A stretch of DNA of 64,000 nucleotides from a virus: the IMG/VR virus record IMGVR_UViG_3300045918_000146, positions 1-64,000 of that record; one strand, 5' to 3'. This document shows, in pieces, positions 29,303 through 39,319 of this stretch. A program made the translations under genes and the position numbers. Position 1 is the first letter of the stretch. The number at the start of each line of letters is the position of its first letter. A model generated the notes under the pieces. The model was not told the origin of the DNA. It ran no database searches and saw nothing but the letters and a program-made list of their open reading frames with translations.

Positions 29303-29371
29303 GATACGGTGGTGTAGGCGGCTCCGGCCTTTGAAACACGATTCGCTACCGTAAATTTCAAAAACCGAGCA
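29293..29371 (+). ncRNA. candidate structured RNA (family not recognised)
   Basis: GC-rich island; stems ACCGT/ACGGT, AGGC/GCCT, TTGAAA/TTTCAA plus possible pseudoknots. Confidence 0.5.
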
Positions 29372-29387
29372 ATAATAAGGAACCGTC

Positions 29388-29816
29388 GTGAATGACTATA
29401 TAGCTCAAGGGAATAATTTGTACGTTAAAATTAATTCGGACGGACATATAACGTTGAGTTATGACGGAATTAACTGGCCTACATATACTTGGCCTCAAAA
29501 TGCACCTGCTCCATTTAAATCTCGAGATGCACACTGGCAATATTATGGAATCGCTTTTGCACAAGGACACTTTGTAGCGTTTGGCAATCACATCGTTATT
29601 ACTAGCACTTGTTTACCAGGTAGCGAATGGTCATCTACACTAACTACTGGTGGAATATGGCAAACAGCCTCATTTAACGGTAGTAATTGGGTATTACAAG
29701 ATAATGAAGGCAGGATTGCAACCTCGGCTGGTGCTTATCCTGCTAACTGGTCGATTACAGCAGCAACTATACCAATACAAGATCTATCCGAAACAGACCC
29801 ATCGACTAATTTCTAA
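29388..29816 (+). CDS. hypothetical beta-repeat protein
   Basis: GTG start with AAGGA RBS; SYDGINW and similar Asp-box-like repeats. Confidence 0.6.
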   Translation: MNDYIAQGNNLYVKINSDGHITLSYDGINWPTYTWPQNAPAPFKSRDAHWQYYGIAFAQGHFVAFGNHIVITSTCLPGSEWSSTLTTGGIWQTASFNGSNWVLQDNEGRIATSAGAYPANWSITAATIPIQDLSETDPSTNF

Positions 29817-30130
29817 ATACTTATTCTTGGATAAAACTGTAATACGTTGTTATCATCAACAATAATAAACTTATCTTGAATTTGTTCATTTAGATATTCA
29901 ACTATGTCAGATGTTGCTTCAAACCATTCTCCATTCGACCGAACTTTCTTAAACCGTTTATGTAATTCCGATTCTAACTCAAAGCCGCCAGGAAAGTAAC
30001 CAAGTAATATCAACTTCTTTGCATTACCAGTAGACAAATTACTTTTTCTTTTATTTGGTCGAACAGATACCCCTATCTTAATATATTGTCCGTCCGTCAT
30101 TGCATAAACAAATGGTTTATTCATAATCAT
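29813..30130 (-). CDS. GIY-YIG superfamily T5orf172/MUG113-like protein
   Basis: VYAM..YIKIGVS..P.KR..LSTGN, ESELHKRF, GEWF. Confidence 0.85.
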   Translation of the reverse strand: MIMNKPFVYAMTDGQYIKIGVSVRPNKRKSNLSTGNAKKLILLGYFPGGFELESELHKRFKKVRSNGEWFEATSDIVEYLNEQIQDKFIIVDDNNVLQFYPRISI

Positions 30131-30221
30131 ATTTATGATGATTTTGATATAAAGAAAATAATTTAGTCTTGATCTAACAGACTAAGTAATATACAATAAT
30201 TACTTATTAGGAGAAAAATGT

Positions 30222-30482
30222 ATGTCCAATAGAATGTTTTCGGCTGAACAACGTGCTAAATTAACTCAATTATTCAACGAAGGAATTGCCATATCACAGG
30301 AAATAGAGGATTTGTCCGGTGGGTTAAATGATACGATTGCCGCTGTTGCAGAAGAAATGGAGTTAAAACCAGGCTTGCTTAAAAAGGCAATCAAAATTGC
30401 TCAAAAGAGCAAATGGACCGATACACAATCAGCACATTCAGATCTTGAAGATATATTAACCTGTGTAAATAGAACACTTTGA
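30222..30482 (+). CDS. small dsDNA-binding protein (T4 DsbA/GapR-like)
   Basis: 86-aa helical protein, IAAVAEEMELKPGLLKKAIKIA; promoter TTGATC-17-TACAAT at 30169-30197. Confidence 0.55.
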   Translation: MSNRMFSAEQRAKLTQLFNEGIAISQEIEDLSGGLNDTIAAVAEEMELKPGLLKKAIKIAQKSKWTDTQSAHSDLEDILTCVNRTL

Positions 30483-30790
30483 TAAAAATTAAAGATGTGC
30501 TGTCTAACATCTTTAATTGGATCAAGAAAGATTATTACTCATACCCGTTACGGTTCACGCTAGAATTAATAGCGTGGATTTTTGGGTTAAGTTGTAGTCT
30601 CACTGTAGCATTAACTATACCAACCTCGCCCTTTGTCATACTTTATCCTATATGGATAATAGTAGATGCCATTTTTTCTTGGTCTGCCTGGTCAAGAAAA
30701 AGTTTTGGTATAATGGTTAATTGTTTGGTATTAGTATCTATTGACATTATAGGGTTGATTCGCGTAGTATATTTACATACAGTGTTTTAA
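30479..30790 (+). CDS. three-TM membrane protein
   Basis: Three hydrophobic segments. Confidence 0.7.
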   Translation: MIKIKDVLSNIFNWIKKDYYSYPLRFTLELIAWIFGLSCSLTVALTIPTSPFVILYPIWIIVDAIFSWSAWSRKSFGIMVNCLVLVSIDIIGLIRVVYLHTVF

Positions 30791-30848
30791 TAGTAATTCA
30801 CTATTGATAAGAAAGGTTCCCCAGCCATAAGTGGGATAAGGAGAAGTT

Positions 30849-33599
30849 ATGAGTTATATAGATGCGTTTTTAGAAAAAGATAAAGATGTTATTCACATCG
30901 TTGAACGAGATAAAACAGGTAAAAGAATATATAAAGATATATCGGCGCTGTATGAATTTTATTACGATGACCCAAAGGGAAAATATCAAACTATTTATAG
31001 AACATCAGTAAGCAAAATTACCACTAATAGTAATAAAGAATTTCGTAAAGAATTAAAGATGCAAGGAAATAAAAAAACATGGGAAGCAGACTGTAATCCT
31101 GTGTTTAAGTGTTTAGAAAAAAACTACTTGGGAGTAGAGTCTCCCAAGTTACATACGTGTTTTCTGGACATTGAAACAGACTGGAACTCTGGAGAAGATA
31201 CCACGAATCCGATTGGTTATGCCCCAACGGATAATCCATACAACAAAATTACTGCAATTACCATTTACTTAGATTGGATGGATAAGCTAATTACGCTAGC
31301 ATTACCTCCCAAATCATTAACCCGGGAATCTGCTGCAGAAATAGCAGCTAAATTCGATGATACTTATTTATTCCAAAAAGAATCTGAGATGCTTGATACT
31401 TTCTTAACTCTTATTGAGGATGCAGATGTATTAAGTGGCTGGAACTCTGGAGGTTACGATATACCATATATAGTAGGGCGTATCATACGTACCTTAGCTA
31501 AAAACGATTTACGAAGATTATGTTTATGGGATCAAATGCCCAGAGAACGGAAATTTGAGAAATATGGTGCAGAACAAATCACATATGACCTAATAGGCCG
31601 TGTGCATTTAGACTATATGGACCTTTATAGAAACTATACATATGAAGAACGTCATAGTTATTCACTAGATGCAATCGGAGAACACGAACTAGATGAACGT
31701 AAAGTATCTTATGAAGGATCATTAGATCAACTATATAATCAAGATTTTTATAAATTTCTTGATTATAATAGACAAGATGTAGTGTTACTAGCAAAATTAG
31801 ATAAGAAGTTAAAATTTTTAGATTTAACAAACGAAGTAGCACATAGTAACACCGTACTATTACCAACTACTATGGGTACTGTTGCGTTAGTAGATCAAGG
31901 TATTACCAACGAAGCACATCAACTAGGTTATATTGTACCCAATAGACCACAACATAAATCTGTTACGACGTTTGATTCAGACGGTGAAGAAACAACTCAA
32001 CAAGATCGTGCAGCCGGTGCGTATGTTGCATACCCTAAAGTTGGTATGCATGAATATATAGGTGCTATAGACATTAATTCACTATATCCTTCTACTATAC
32101 GTGCATTAAATATGTCACCTGAAACTATCGTAGGTCAATTAAGACCTATAATGACAGATCAATATATTGCCAATAAAGTAGATGCTGGTGCATCTTTTTC
32201 CGGAGCATGGGAAGGTTTATGGGGGTCGTTAGAATATACAGCAGTAATGGAAATGGACCGTAATACAGAGGTTACTATAGATTGGGATAATGGAGATAAA
32301 CCGTCTGTTCATTCAGCTAAAGAGGTATGGAGCATCATCTTTGAGAGTGGTCAAAAATGGATGCTTAGTGCTAACGGTACTATTTTTAAATATAACTACG
32401 AAGGTATTTTACCGTATATGCTTGCTAAGTGGTATTCAGAAAGAAAAGAACTTCAAGCTAAGAAAAAAGCTGCCACCGAAAAAGAAGAAATATTATTTTG
32501 GGACAAAAAACAACACGTAAAAAAAATTCTATTAAATTCGGCATATGGAGCCGCGTTAAACGCACATTTTAGATACCACGATTTTAGAATTGGGCAAAGT
32601 ACTACATTAACTGGGCGTATTATTACTAAACACATGACGTCCTTTATTAATGAATGTTTAACTGGCGTCTATCAATATGACGGCAACGCCGTCATATATT
32701 CGGATACTGACAGTGCATATTTCTCAGTGTGGCCAATTATTAAAGATGATGTTAAAGCAGATAAAATGGAATGGAATAAAGATATATGTGTTCAACTGTA
32801 CGATGGAATAGCTGAGCAAGTAAATGAAAGTTTTCCAGCTATAATGGAAAAACAATGTCATTGTCCAAAAGATCGCGGGTCATTGATTAAGGGTGGACGA
32901 GAACTTATTGCAACAAGTGGAATATATGTAACAAAAAAACGTTATGCTGTGTTAGTATACGATTTAGAAGGTACGCGATTAGATCAACTAGACGAGACAA
33001 CAGCAAAGAAAAAAGGTATTCATTATGGCTTAGGAAAAGTAAAAGCTATGGGTCTCGATTTAAAGCGTAGTGATACTCCGAAGGTAGTACAGGAATTTTT
33101 AAGTCGCATCTTACTTGATACTCTATTACACAAACCGCGAGAGAAAGTAATAGAACATATTATTGAATTCAAATTATCATTTGCTAAACTCCCAGCGTGG
33201 GAAAAAGGTACGCCTAAACGTGTAAATAACTTAACTAATTATATCGAAACAGAAGAGCGCGAAGGTAAGTCGGGTATGCCAGGGCATGTCAGGGCAGCAT
33301 GGAACTGGAATAACTTAAGAAAAATGTATAATGATAATTATTCTCTTAAGATAGTAGACGGAATGAAGATCATCGTATGTAAGTTGAAGAATAATCCACT
33401 AGGATATACAAGTGTTGCTTACCCAATTGATGTCTTGCATATACCAGATTGGTTTAAAGACTTGCCATTTGATAATGCTTTAATGGAAGCAACTATTGTA
33501 GATAAAAAAGTGGAAAACTTATTAGGCGTATTAAAGTGGGATTTGGCAAATTCAACACAAACGAATTCAACGTTTGATTCTTTATTTAGCTTTGTGTAA
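30849..33599 (+). CDS. family B DNA polymerase
   Basis: Exo motifs DIET, GWNS.GYDIPY, YNRQD; pol motifs DINSLYPS, KILLNSAYG, YSDTDS, KKRYA. Confidence 0.97.
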   Translation: MSYIDAFLEKDKDVIHIVERDKTGKRIYKDISALYEFYYDDPKGKYQTIYRTSVSKITTNSNKEFRKELKMQGNKKTWEADCNPVFKCLEKNYLGVESPKLHTCFLDIETDWNSGEDTTNPIGYAPTDNPYNKITAITIYLDWMDKLITLALPPKSLTRESAAEIAAKFDDTYLFQKESEMLDTFLTLIEDADVLSGWNSGGYDIPYIVGRIIRTLAKNDLRRLCLWDQMPRERKFEKYGAEQITYDLIGRVHLDYMDLYRNYTYEERHSYSLDAIGEHELDERKVSYEGSLDQLYNQDFYKFLDYNRQDVVLLAKLDKKLKFLDLTNEVAHSNTVLLPTTMGTVALVDQGITNEAHQLGYIVPNRPQHKSVTTFDSDGEETTQQDRAAGAYVAYPKVGMHEYIGAIDINSLYPSTIRALNMSPETIVGQLRPIMTDQYIANKVDAGASFSGAWEGLWGSLEYTAVMEMDRNTEVTIDWDNGDKPSVHSAKEVWSIIFESGQKWMLSANGTIFKYNYEGILPYMLAKWYSERKELQAKKKAATEKEEILFWDKKQHVKKILLNSAYGAALNAHFRYHDFRIGQSTTLTGRIITKHMTSFINECLTGVYQYDGNAVIYSDTDSAYFSVWPIIKDDVKADKMEWNKDICVQLYDGIAEQVNESFPAIMEKQCHCPKDRGSLIKGGRELIATSGIYVTKKRYAVLVYDLEGTRLDQLDETTAKKKGIHYGLGKVKAMGLDLKRSDTPKVVQEFLSRILLDTLLHKPREKVIEHIIEFKLSFAKLPAWEKGTPKRVNNLTNYIETEEREGKSGMPGHVRAAWNWNNLRKMYNDNYSLKIVDGMKIIVCKLKNNPLGYTSVAYPIDVLHIPDWFKDLPFDNALMEATIVDKKVENLLGVLKWDLANSTQTNSTFDSLFSFV

Positions 33600-33681
33600 A
33601 ATATTTACCAAAAGTATTGCTTTTACGTAAGCAAGAAATGTATTATTAACAACATAACATAACATATTTAAGGAGAAGTTA

Positions 33682-34419
33682 ATGAGTATTAGAGATTACT
33701 TGCAGGATATAGTTCAACATACGTTTGTATTAGGGAATATTGTATTAGTTAAAATAACAGGAGACGAGAATGAAACTGTCATTTCTGCTCTAGCAGACGA
33801 TCGAAGCGTACTTGTATCTGCAACCACAAAGAAAGTTGTACCTGAGTTTATTGGGCAATTTGGTATGCCCAATCTCAATAAATTAAATGTTATATTAGGT
33901 ATTCCGGAATATAAAGAAAATGCCAAAGTAACAGTAACAAGCCAAGAACGTAACGGAACATCTGTATTATCTGGGTTACATTTTGAGAATAAATCAGGCG
34001 ACTTTAAGAACGATTATCGTTTTATGAGTGCGGAATTGGTTAATGAACAACTTAAAACAGTTAAGTTTAAAGGAGTTAAATGGGACGTTGAGTTTGCACC
34101 AGCAGTACAAAATATTAATAGACTAAAGTTCATGTCTTCAGCTAATAGCGAAGAAACTACGTTTATTGCTAAAACAGAGAAAGATCAACTAAAGTTTTAC
34201 TTTGGTGATCATAGTTCTCATGCTGGCAATTTTGTATTTGCAGACGCTGTTTCGGGAGCTGTATCTAAAGGATATCATTGGCCAGTAGCTGTTATACAAA
34301 GTATTCTTAACCTCCCTGGAGATAAAGTATATCGTATTAGTGACGAAGGTGCAACACAAATAACTGTTGATAGTGGGTTAGTAGATTATTGTTTCACATT
34401 ACCTGCAATGCAAAAGTAA
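33682..34419 (+). CDS. putative DNA polymerase sliding clamp (gp45-like)
   Basis: 245 aa alternating beta/alpha pattern, directly after the polymerase; inferred from size and synteny. Confidence 0.55.
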   Translation: MSIRDYLQDIVQHTFVLGNIVLVKITGDENETVISALADDRSVLVSATTKKVVPEFIGQFGMPNLNKLNVILGIPEYKENAKVTVTSQERNGTSVLSGLHFENKSGDFKNDYRFMSAELVNEQLKTVKFKGVKWDVEFAPAVQNINRLKFMSSANSEETTFIAKTEKDQLKFYFGDHSSHAGNFVFADAVSGAVSKGYHWPVAVIQSILNLPGDKVYRISDEGATQITVDSGLVDYCFTLPAMQK

Positions 34420-34422
34420 ATC

Positions 34423-34560
34423 ATGATCCATATTAAACAATGGGGTAAAGAGTTTGTGCATAACTGTGTATGTCACCCGTTACTACCGTTCCTGCCAAGA
34501 AAGTTTGCTTATGAATGGCATGACAGGAATGGTAAATGGGCCTTTAATATAAAGGAATAA
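34423..34560 (+). CDS. small hypothetical protein (45 aa)
   Basis: MIHIKQWGKEFVHNCVCHPLLPFL... Confidence 0.5.
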   Translation: MIHIKQWGKEFVHNCVCHPLLPFLPRKFAYEWHDRNGKWAFNIKE

Positions 34561-34563
34561 TAA

Positions 34564-34820
34564 ATGAGTAATTTAGATTTGCTTAACCCAATAACCGACT
34601 ATAACTTCATAGAAAAGAAAAAGACTTATATGATAAGTGGGATATATTTCAAATTATGATAACAGAGTATATTGCTGACAAAAGTTATTGTCAAACGATT
34701 ATGCTTTGATCGGTGAGATTTATGCTGCAATATCGGACTATGTCTTACAAACCCAAGATACTGAAAATATCAAAACTGGTTAGAAGAGCATAGGATACGT
34801 ATTATGGACGCACATGAATA
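34564..34820 (+). pseudogene. frameshifted ORF remnant
   Basis: AAGGA RBS and ATG, then protein-like stretches in alternating frames. Confidence 0.4.
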
Positions 34821-34848
34821 AGTTACAAAACAATAAAGGTAAAGTAAT

Positions 34849-35124
34849 ATGCCAAGTATTTCTACATACGTAGATGTTGAGTTTGAATTACATAATATTG
34901 ACGTAGATGATTTAATTGATGAGCTTGAATCACGTGGGTTTACTGTGATGGATAAAGATGACAAATTAAAACAAAATGTAATTCCTCTTTTTTATGATAA
35001 AACCGGTAAACCAATGGGCGACTTACTTGAGTTATTGTATTATGCTTACACCACCAAAAAACACGACGTAACAGACGAGCTATTAAAACAACTATTTTAC
35101 GAAACACTAGGACGTATAGCTTAA
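34849..35124 (+). CDS. hypothetical protein
   Basis: DDLIDELESRG motif; ends TLGRIA. Confidence 0.7.
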   Translation: MPSISTYVDVEFELHNIDVDDLIDELESRGFTVMDKDDKLKQNVIPLFYDKTGKPMGDLLELLYYAYTTKKHDVTDELLKQLFYETLGRIA

Positions 35125-35125
35125 T

Positions 35126-35731
35126 ATGATAAGTTATCGAAAAATTTACGAACATCATTTCGGTCATATACCAAAAGAAGCAAACGGAAGAACGTATGAA
35201 ATACATCATATAGATGGTAATCATTATAATGATCTACCTGAGAATTTAATAGCAATGACTATTCAAGAACATTATAACATACATTATGCTCAAGAAGATT
35301 GGGCAGCATGTCTTGCCATTTTAATGAGAATGGATAAAACACCTGAAGAAATATCAAAAGAGTGTAGTGTTTTATCCAGCAAAAATGCACAAAAAAGAGT
35401 TGAAAATGGAACGCATAACTTTTTAAGAGACAAAAATCCTAACAGTAGACGTCTTGCAGACGGAACAAGTTATGCTTTTGACAGAGTTAAGAATGGCACT
35501 CTTCCTTCGTTACGTAGGGCCGACGGTACAAGTTTAACACAAGAACAAGTCGCTAAGGGGATTCATAACTTTCTTGGCGGAGCGTACCAATTAGCTCAAT
35601 TAGAATCTGGAACACACACAACTCAAATAATAAAAACTTGCCCATACCGTAATAGAGAATTTAATGCGCCAATATACGGTCATTTGCACGGCGAAAAATG
35701 TAAACTAAAAGGATTAAATAATGGTAAATAA
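35126..35731 (+). CDS. free-standing HNH homing endonuclease
   Basis: YRKIYEHHFG, YEIHHIDGNHYNDLPENL, EHYNIH; repeated GTHNFL DNA-binding motifs. Confidence 0.85.
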   Translation: MISYRKIYEHHFGHIPKEANGRTYEIHHIDGNHYNDLPENLIAMTIQEHYNIHYAQEDWAACLAILMRMDKTPEEISKECSVLSSKNAQKRVENGTHNFLRDKNPNSRRLADGTSYAFDRVKNGTLPSLRRADGTSLTQEQVAKGIHNFLGGAYQLAQLESGTHTTQIIKTCPYRNREFNAPIYGHLHGEKCKLKGLNNGK

Positions 35732-37355
35732 GAATATTGCACAAGTTGATTTAACAGCAAGACAAGAAAGGCCAGACGGGCTACCAAACACTGCGATTTA
35801 TCTGCCAGCTTTGAGCTCATTTTTTTCATCCACGTTAGCAAAATATACTGATGCTATAAATGCAGATCCAAAAAGGATGCCTATCGCTTTTAATAATGGG
35901 TACGAAGGTCTAAATTGGTTAGATAAATCTCAAGGCTATTTCCATTATAAATGGTTACTTTACAGCGCGGGACATGCCAACATTGATATAACCGAAATAA
36001 GCCCAAAAGAAAGTATGATCAGAGATCGTGATAGACAGCATAGCTTTGTTTTGGGCGATAGTGGGGGATTCCAAATAGGTAAAGGAGTATGGGAAGGTAA
36101 ATGGAAAGATCCATCTTGCCCTAAAGCATTATCTAAACGCCAACAAGTATTATCTTGGTTTGACAAATATATGGATTATGGTATGTGTTTAGATATTCCT
36201 GTATGGGCGTGTAACGTACCAGGAGTACCTGAAAAAATTGGAATTTATTCATATCAAGATGCAGTAGATGCAACTATTATTAACAATGACTATTTTATAC
36301 AGCATAGGACCGGAGAATGTAAATTACTTAATGTTATGCAAGGTGAAAGTTTAGATGAAGCCAATGCATGGTATGATACCTTTAAAAAGTACTGTGACCC
36401 AATACAATACCCAGAAAAACATTTTAATGGGTGGGCAATGGGTGGGCAAACTGTAACTGATCCCGAACTAATGTTAACTAGGTTAGTTAACATCGTATAT
36501 GACGGATTATTACAACAAGGAAAACATAATTGGATACACTTTTTGGGTTTAGGTAAATTACCCTGGGCATGTTTTTTAACTGATGTCCAAAATTCATTAC
36601 GTAAGTACCATAATCCAGATGTTACTATTAGTTTCGACTCAGCTTCGCCATTCTTAATGGTAGCTAACGGCGGAATTTACATTAACATGGTTACACATGA
36701 TAGAGGTAAATGGTCAACTATTATGGATAGATCTATTGATGATCGTAAATTTTCGTCAGATACTAGACTCTTCAGCGAAGTATTAAAGGAAGAGAAAAAA
36801 TATAAGCAATTTGATGAATCTCCAATTAGTTTAAGATGTAAGTGTAACGACATCTGTTACTATAAACCAGGAGATGTTAATAAGTTAGGAAAAGTAGGAC
36901 GAACTAGTTGGGATATGATTAGTTATGCAGTACAAATGTGTCATAATGTATTTGCACATGTTGACTCTGTACAACGTGCTATCGTAAAATATTTAACCGA
37001 AGATATTTACCCATCTCAACTAATGCATGAAAAATTTCATTCTAAGGAAATGGTATTTAGAGATGTAGTTGATACTATATTTGCGTGTAAAACTAAAGCT
37101 GAAGCAATGGCTATTGTTAAACATAATCAACCATATTGGATGAAATTGAGTGGTAGCAGAGGGTTTAGGGGTAAAAGGACAATCAACGCCACTACTAAAT
37201 TTAAAACATTATTTGAAGTAATAGATGAATCGCCAAAAGTAAAATCATTATCCTCTGCTGAGGAGTTTGACAATATTGGAGAAGAATCTGATTATAATGG
37301 TGTTTTTGATCAGAATTTGGACAAACTAGAGCATGACTTATTTGAAGAAATGTAG
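35721..37355 (+). CDS. dpdA: DpdA / tRNA-guanine-transglycosylase-like DNA transglycosylase
   Basis: GDSGGFQ, MCLDIP, LNVMQG, GWAMGG, IHFLG, SFDSASP, HN motif; linked to que genes. Confidence 0.8.
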   Translation: MVNKNIAQVDLTARQERPDGLPNTAIYLPALSSFFSSTLAKYTDAINADPKRMPIAFNNGYEGLNWLDKSQGYFHYKWLLYSAGHANIDITEISPKESMIRDRDRQHSFVLGDSGGFQIGKGVWEGKWKDPSCPKALSKRQQVLSWFDKYMDYGMCLDIPVWACNVPGVPEKIGIYSYQDAVDATIINNDYFIQHRTGECKLLNVMQGESLDEANAWYDTFKKYCDPIQYPEKHFNGWAMGGQTVTDPELMLTRLVNIVYDGLLQQGKHNWIHFLGLGKLPWACFLTDVQNSLRKYHNPDVTISFDSASPFLMVANGGIYINMVTHDRGKWSTIMDRSIDDRKFSSDTRLFSEVLKEEKKYKQFDESPISLRCKCNDICYYKPGDVNKLGKVGRTSWDMISYAVQMCHNVFAHVDSVQRAIVKYLTEDIYPSQLMHEKFHSKEMVFRDVVDTIFACKTKAEAMAIVKHNQPYWMKLSGSRGFRGKRTINATTKFKTLFEVIDESPKVKSLSSAEEFDNIGEESDYNGVFDQNLDKLEHDLFEEM

Positions 37356-37390
37356 TACAATAATTTAATAACTTTTAAAGGATTAACGTA

Positions 37391-38008
37391 ATGGCAAAAC
37401 GATTTGAAACAACCATGTTTGGACTCCCTATTATTATGCGCCACGATTATGAGGATAAGGTTCTCCAAGAAAAACTTAAAGAATATCAAGGAAAGTCTTA
37501 TAACGCATTTACACATTTCTTAACCAATGTACCAAATTTTAAATATGATAGTTTTTTGGATGTGGGTTGCGGAGACGACTGGGTTGTTAATATGGCAAAA
37601 AACGAGTTTAAGGTGTCAAAAGGTATTGACCTTTTTATCGAAGATAACGAATATGACAACGTAGTGAAGTCGGATTGGAACACTATGTCAAAGGACGTAT
37701 TCAACAGCAATAGGTTTAATGCTATTTTTATTAATCATAGCATGGAACATGCTGCTAATGTATATCAATTAATGGAGCAAGTAACTTCATTACAGAAGAA
37801 GGGCGATAGCTTATTTGTTGCAGTACCTGATGGTAATACACCATTTGGCTATGCTATTACTAGCTCAACGACACATTTTTCGTGTATTACTGAAGGTTAC
37901 TTACGCACTACATTGCAACGTTTTGGGTATATGGTAGAAGTAGAGGTTAAAGAGCTACGCCCAGGTGCTCGAGAACTTTGGAGTTATGCGATTAAGATGA
38001 CAGATTAA
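37391..38008 (+). CDS. class I SAM-dependent methyltransferase
   Basis: FLDVGCG motif I, GIDL, INHSMEH, FVAVP. Confidence 0.85.
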   Translation: MAKRFETTMFGLPIIMRHDYEDKVLQEKLKEYQGKSYNAFTHFLTNVPNFKYDSFLDVGCGDDWVVNMAKNEFKVSKGIDLFIEDNEYDNVVKSDWNTMSKDVFNSNRFNAIFINHSMEHAANVYQLMEQVTSLQKKGDSLFVAVPDGNTPFGYAITSSTTHFSCITEGYLRTTLQRFGYMVEVEVKELRPGARELWSYAIKMTD

Positions 38009-38077
38009 TAACCAATTATCTTGTAATTTAATACTATAAACTTGTAATATTAACTATATAACTAATTGGAGTAACGA

Positions 38078-38827
38078 ATGAGCAACACCACAGTATCTCT
38101 TATGTTTTCTGGAGGTTTGGATTCTTTAATTTCTTATCATTTTGCGTTAAAAACTGGACATATACCGCAAGCAATACACGTAGATTTAGGGCATCCGTAT
38201 TCAAGTTTTGAAAATGAAGCTATTAAGGTAGCAGAAGAGAAATTTAAAATAGATGTCACACGTATTGATATGAAGTCGCTGTATCCTGCTATTGAAAAAA
38301 GGTTATCTAATCAAATAATTCCGAGTCGTAACGTATTACTTGCTACTATAGGATCTATGTTTAATTCTACAGTATGGATTAATGCTCTCGACGGCGAAGC
38401 CAATGGTAAGGAGCATGATAAATCTTATCGTTTTTTTGCAGATAGTTCAGAACTACTTAGCTTTACTAATTCGTTTTTTCAAGATCATACTAATGTAACA
38501 AGTCCATTCTTACATCTATCTAAAGCAGAAACGATTAAGTGGGCTTTAGAAAATAGTTTATCTAAAGAAGATTTATTTAATACCGTAACTTGTTATTCAG
38601 GAACACATAAGAAATGTGGACGTTGTCTTACTTGCGTAAAACGGTATATGGCATTTAAATTAAATGGTGTTGAAGAACCAGGTTATGATTTTAACCCTTT
38701 AGAATCTCCGTATGCAGAAGAACTTGCTATAGAAATGCAAAAAGCAATTGATAATAATGACCATAGTAGGTTTAATCAAAAACGTATTGCTGAATGGTTA
38801 ATGTTAAAAAATAACCAAGTATATTAG
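38078..38827 (+). CDS. queC: 7-cyano-7-deazaguanine synthase
   Basis: SGGLDS, PSRNVLL, SKAETI, TCY...CGRCLTC. Confidence 0.85.
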   Translation: MSNTTVSLMFSGGLDSLISYHFALKTGHIPQAIHVDLGHPYSSFENEAIKVAEEKFKIDVTRIDMKSLYPAIEKRLSNQIIPSRNVLLATIGSMFNSTVWINALDGEANGKEHDKSYRFFADSSELLSFTNSFFQDHTNVTSPFLHLSKAETIKWALENSLSKEDLFNTVTCYSGTHKKCGRCLTCVKRYMAFKLNGVEEPGYDFNPLESPYAEELAIEMQKAIDNNDHSRFNQKRIAEWLMLKNNQVY

Positions 38828-38828
38828 T

Positions 38829-39047
38829 ATGGAAAAAGTATTATACATTACTATTCCTTTAGATATTTCACATGCAAATTCAGAAATAATACTTAAATTT
38901 ACAAAAGAGATAAACGAAGAATATTGGATATGTAAAGCAACCGACGAATGTATAACTGATATGAATAGGTTATTAACTTTTGAAAAACAAAAAAGAGAGA
39001 TAGAGTTTAATATTAAGAGTGGTCAAAGTAAAAATAAGTTCATTTAA
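38829..39047 (+). CDS. hypothetical protein
   Basis: 72-aa ORF. Confidence 0.5.
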   Translation: MEKVLYITIPLDISHANSEIILKFTKEINEEYWICKATDECITDMNRLLTFEKQKREIEFNIKSGQSKNKFI

Positions 39048-39083
39048 CGTGTAATAATTTAACCAAGTAATAGGAGAGTAACA

Positions 39084-39317
39084 ATGAATGACAAAACAGT
39101 GCATCGTGCAAAAGTAGCAAGTTATAATGTGAAGTACTTACGGATGAAACCAGAAGTAAATCAAATTTTTAACGATCTTGAGGAATTTAGAGATTTTGTG
39201 CGTATGCAATACCCACAAATTGCATTTAACGAAGCAGACTTGTATCGAAATTCAAGTCCGGTTTGGCAGAAGTTTATCCGTCGGAAAAATAAACCAGCTC
39301 ATCTACTTAGAAAGTAA
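39084..39317 (+). CDS. hypothetical protein
   Basis: AGGAG RBS; IFNDLEEFRDF...FNEADLY. Confidence 0.7.
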   Translation: MNDKTVHRAKVASYNVKYLRMKPEVNQIFNDLEEFRDFVRMQYPQIAFNEADLYRNSSPVWQKFIRRKNKPAHLLRK

Positions 39318-39319
39318 GT

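Noticed and set aside
30849-33599. Intein or intron in the polymerase or topoisomerase genes
   Set aside because: Lengths and motif spacing are ordinary; no intein splice motifs seen
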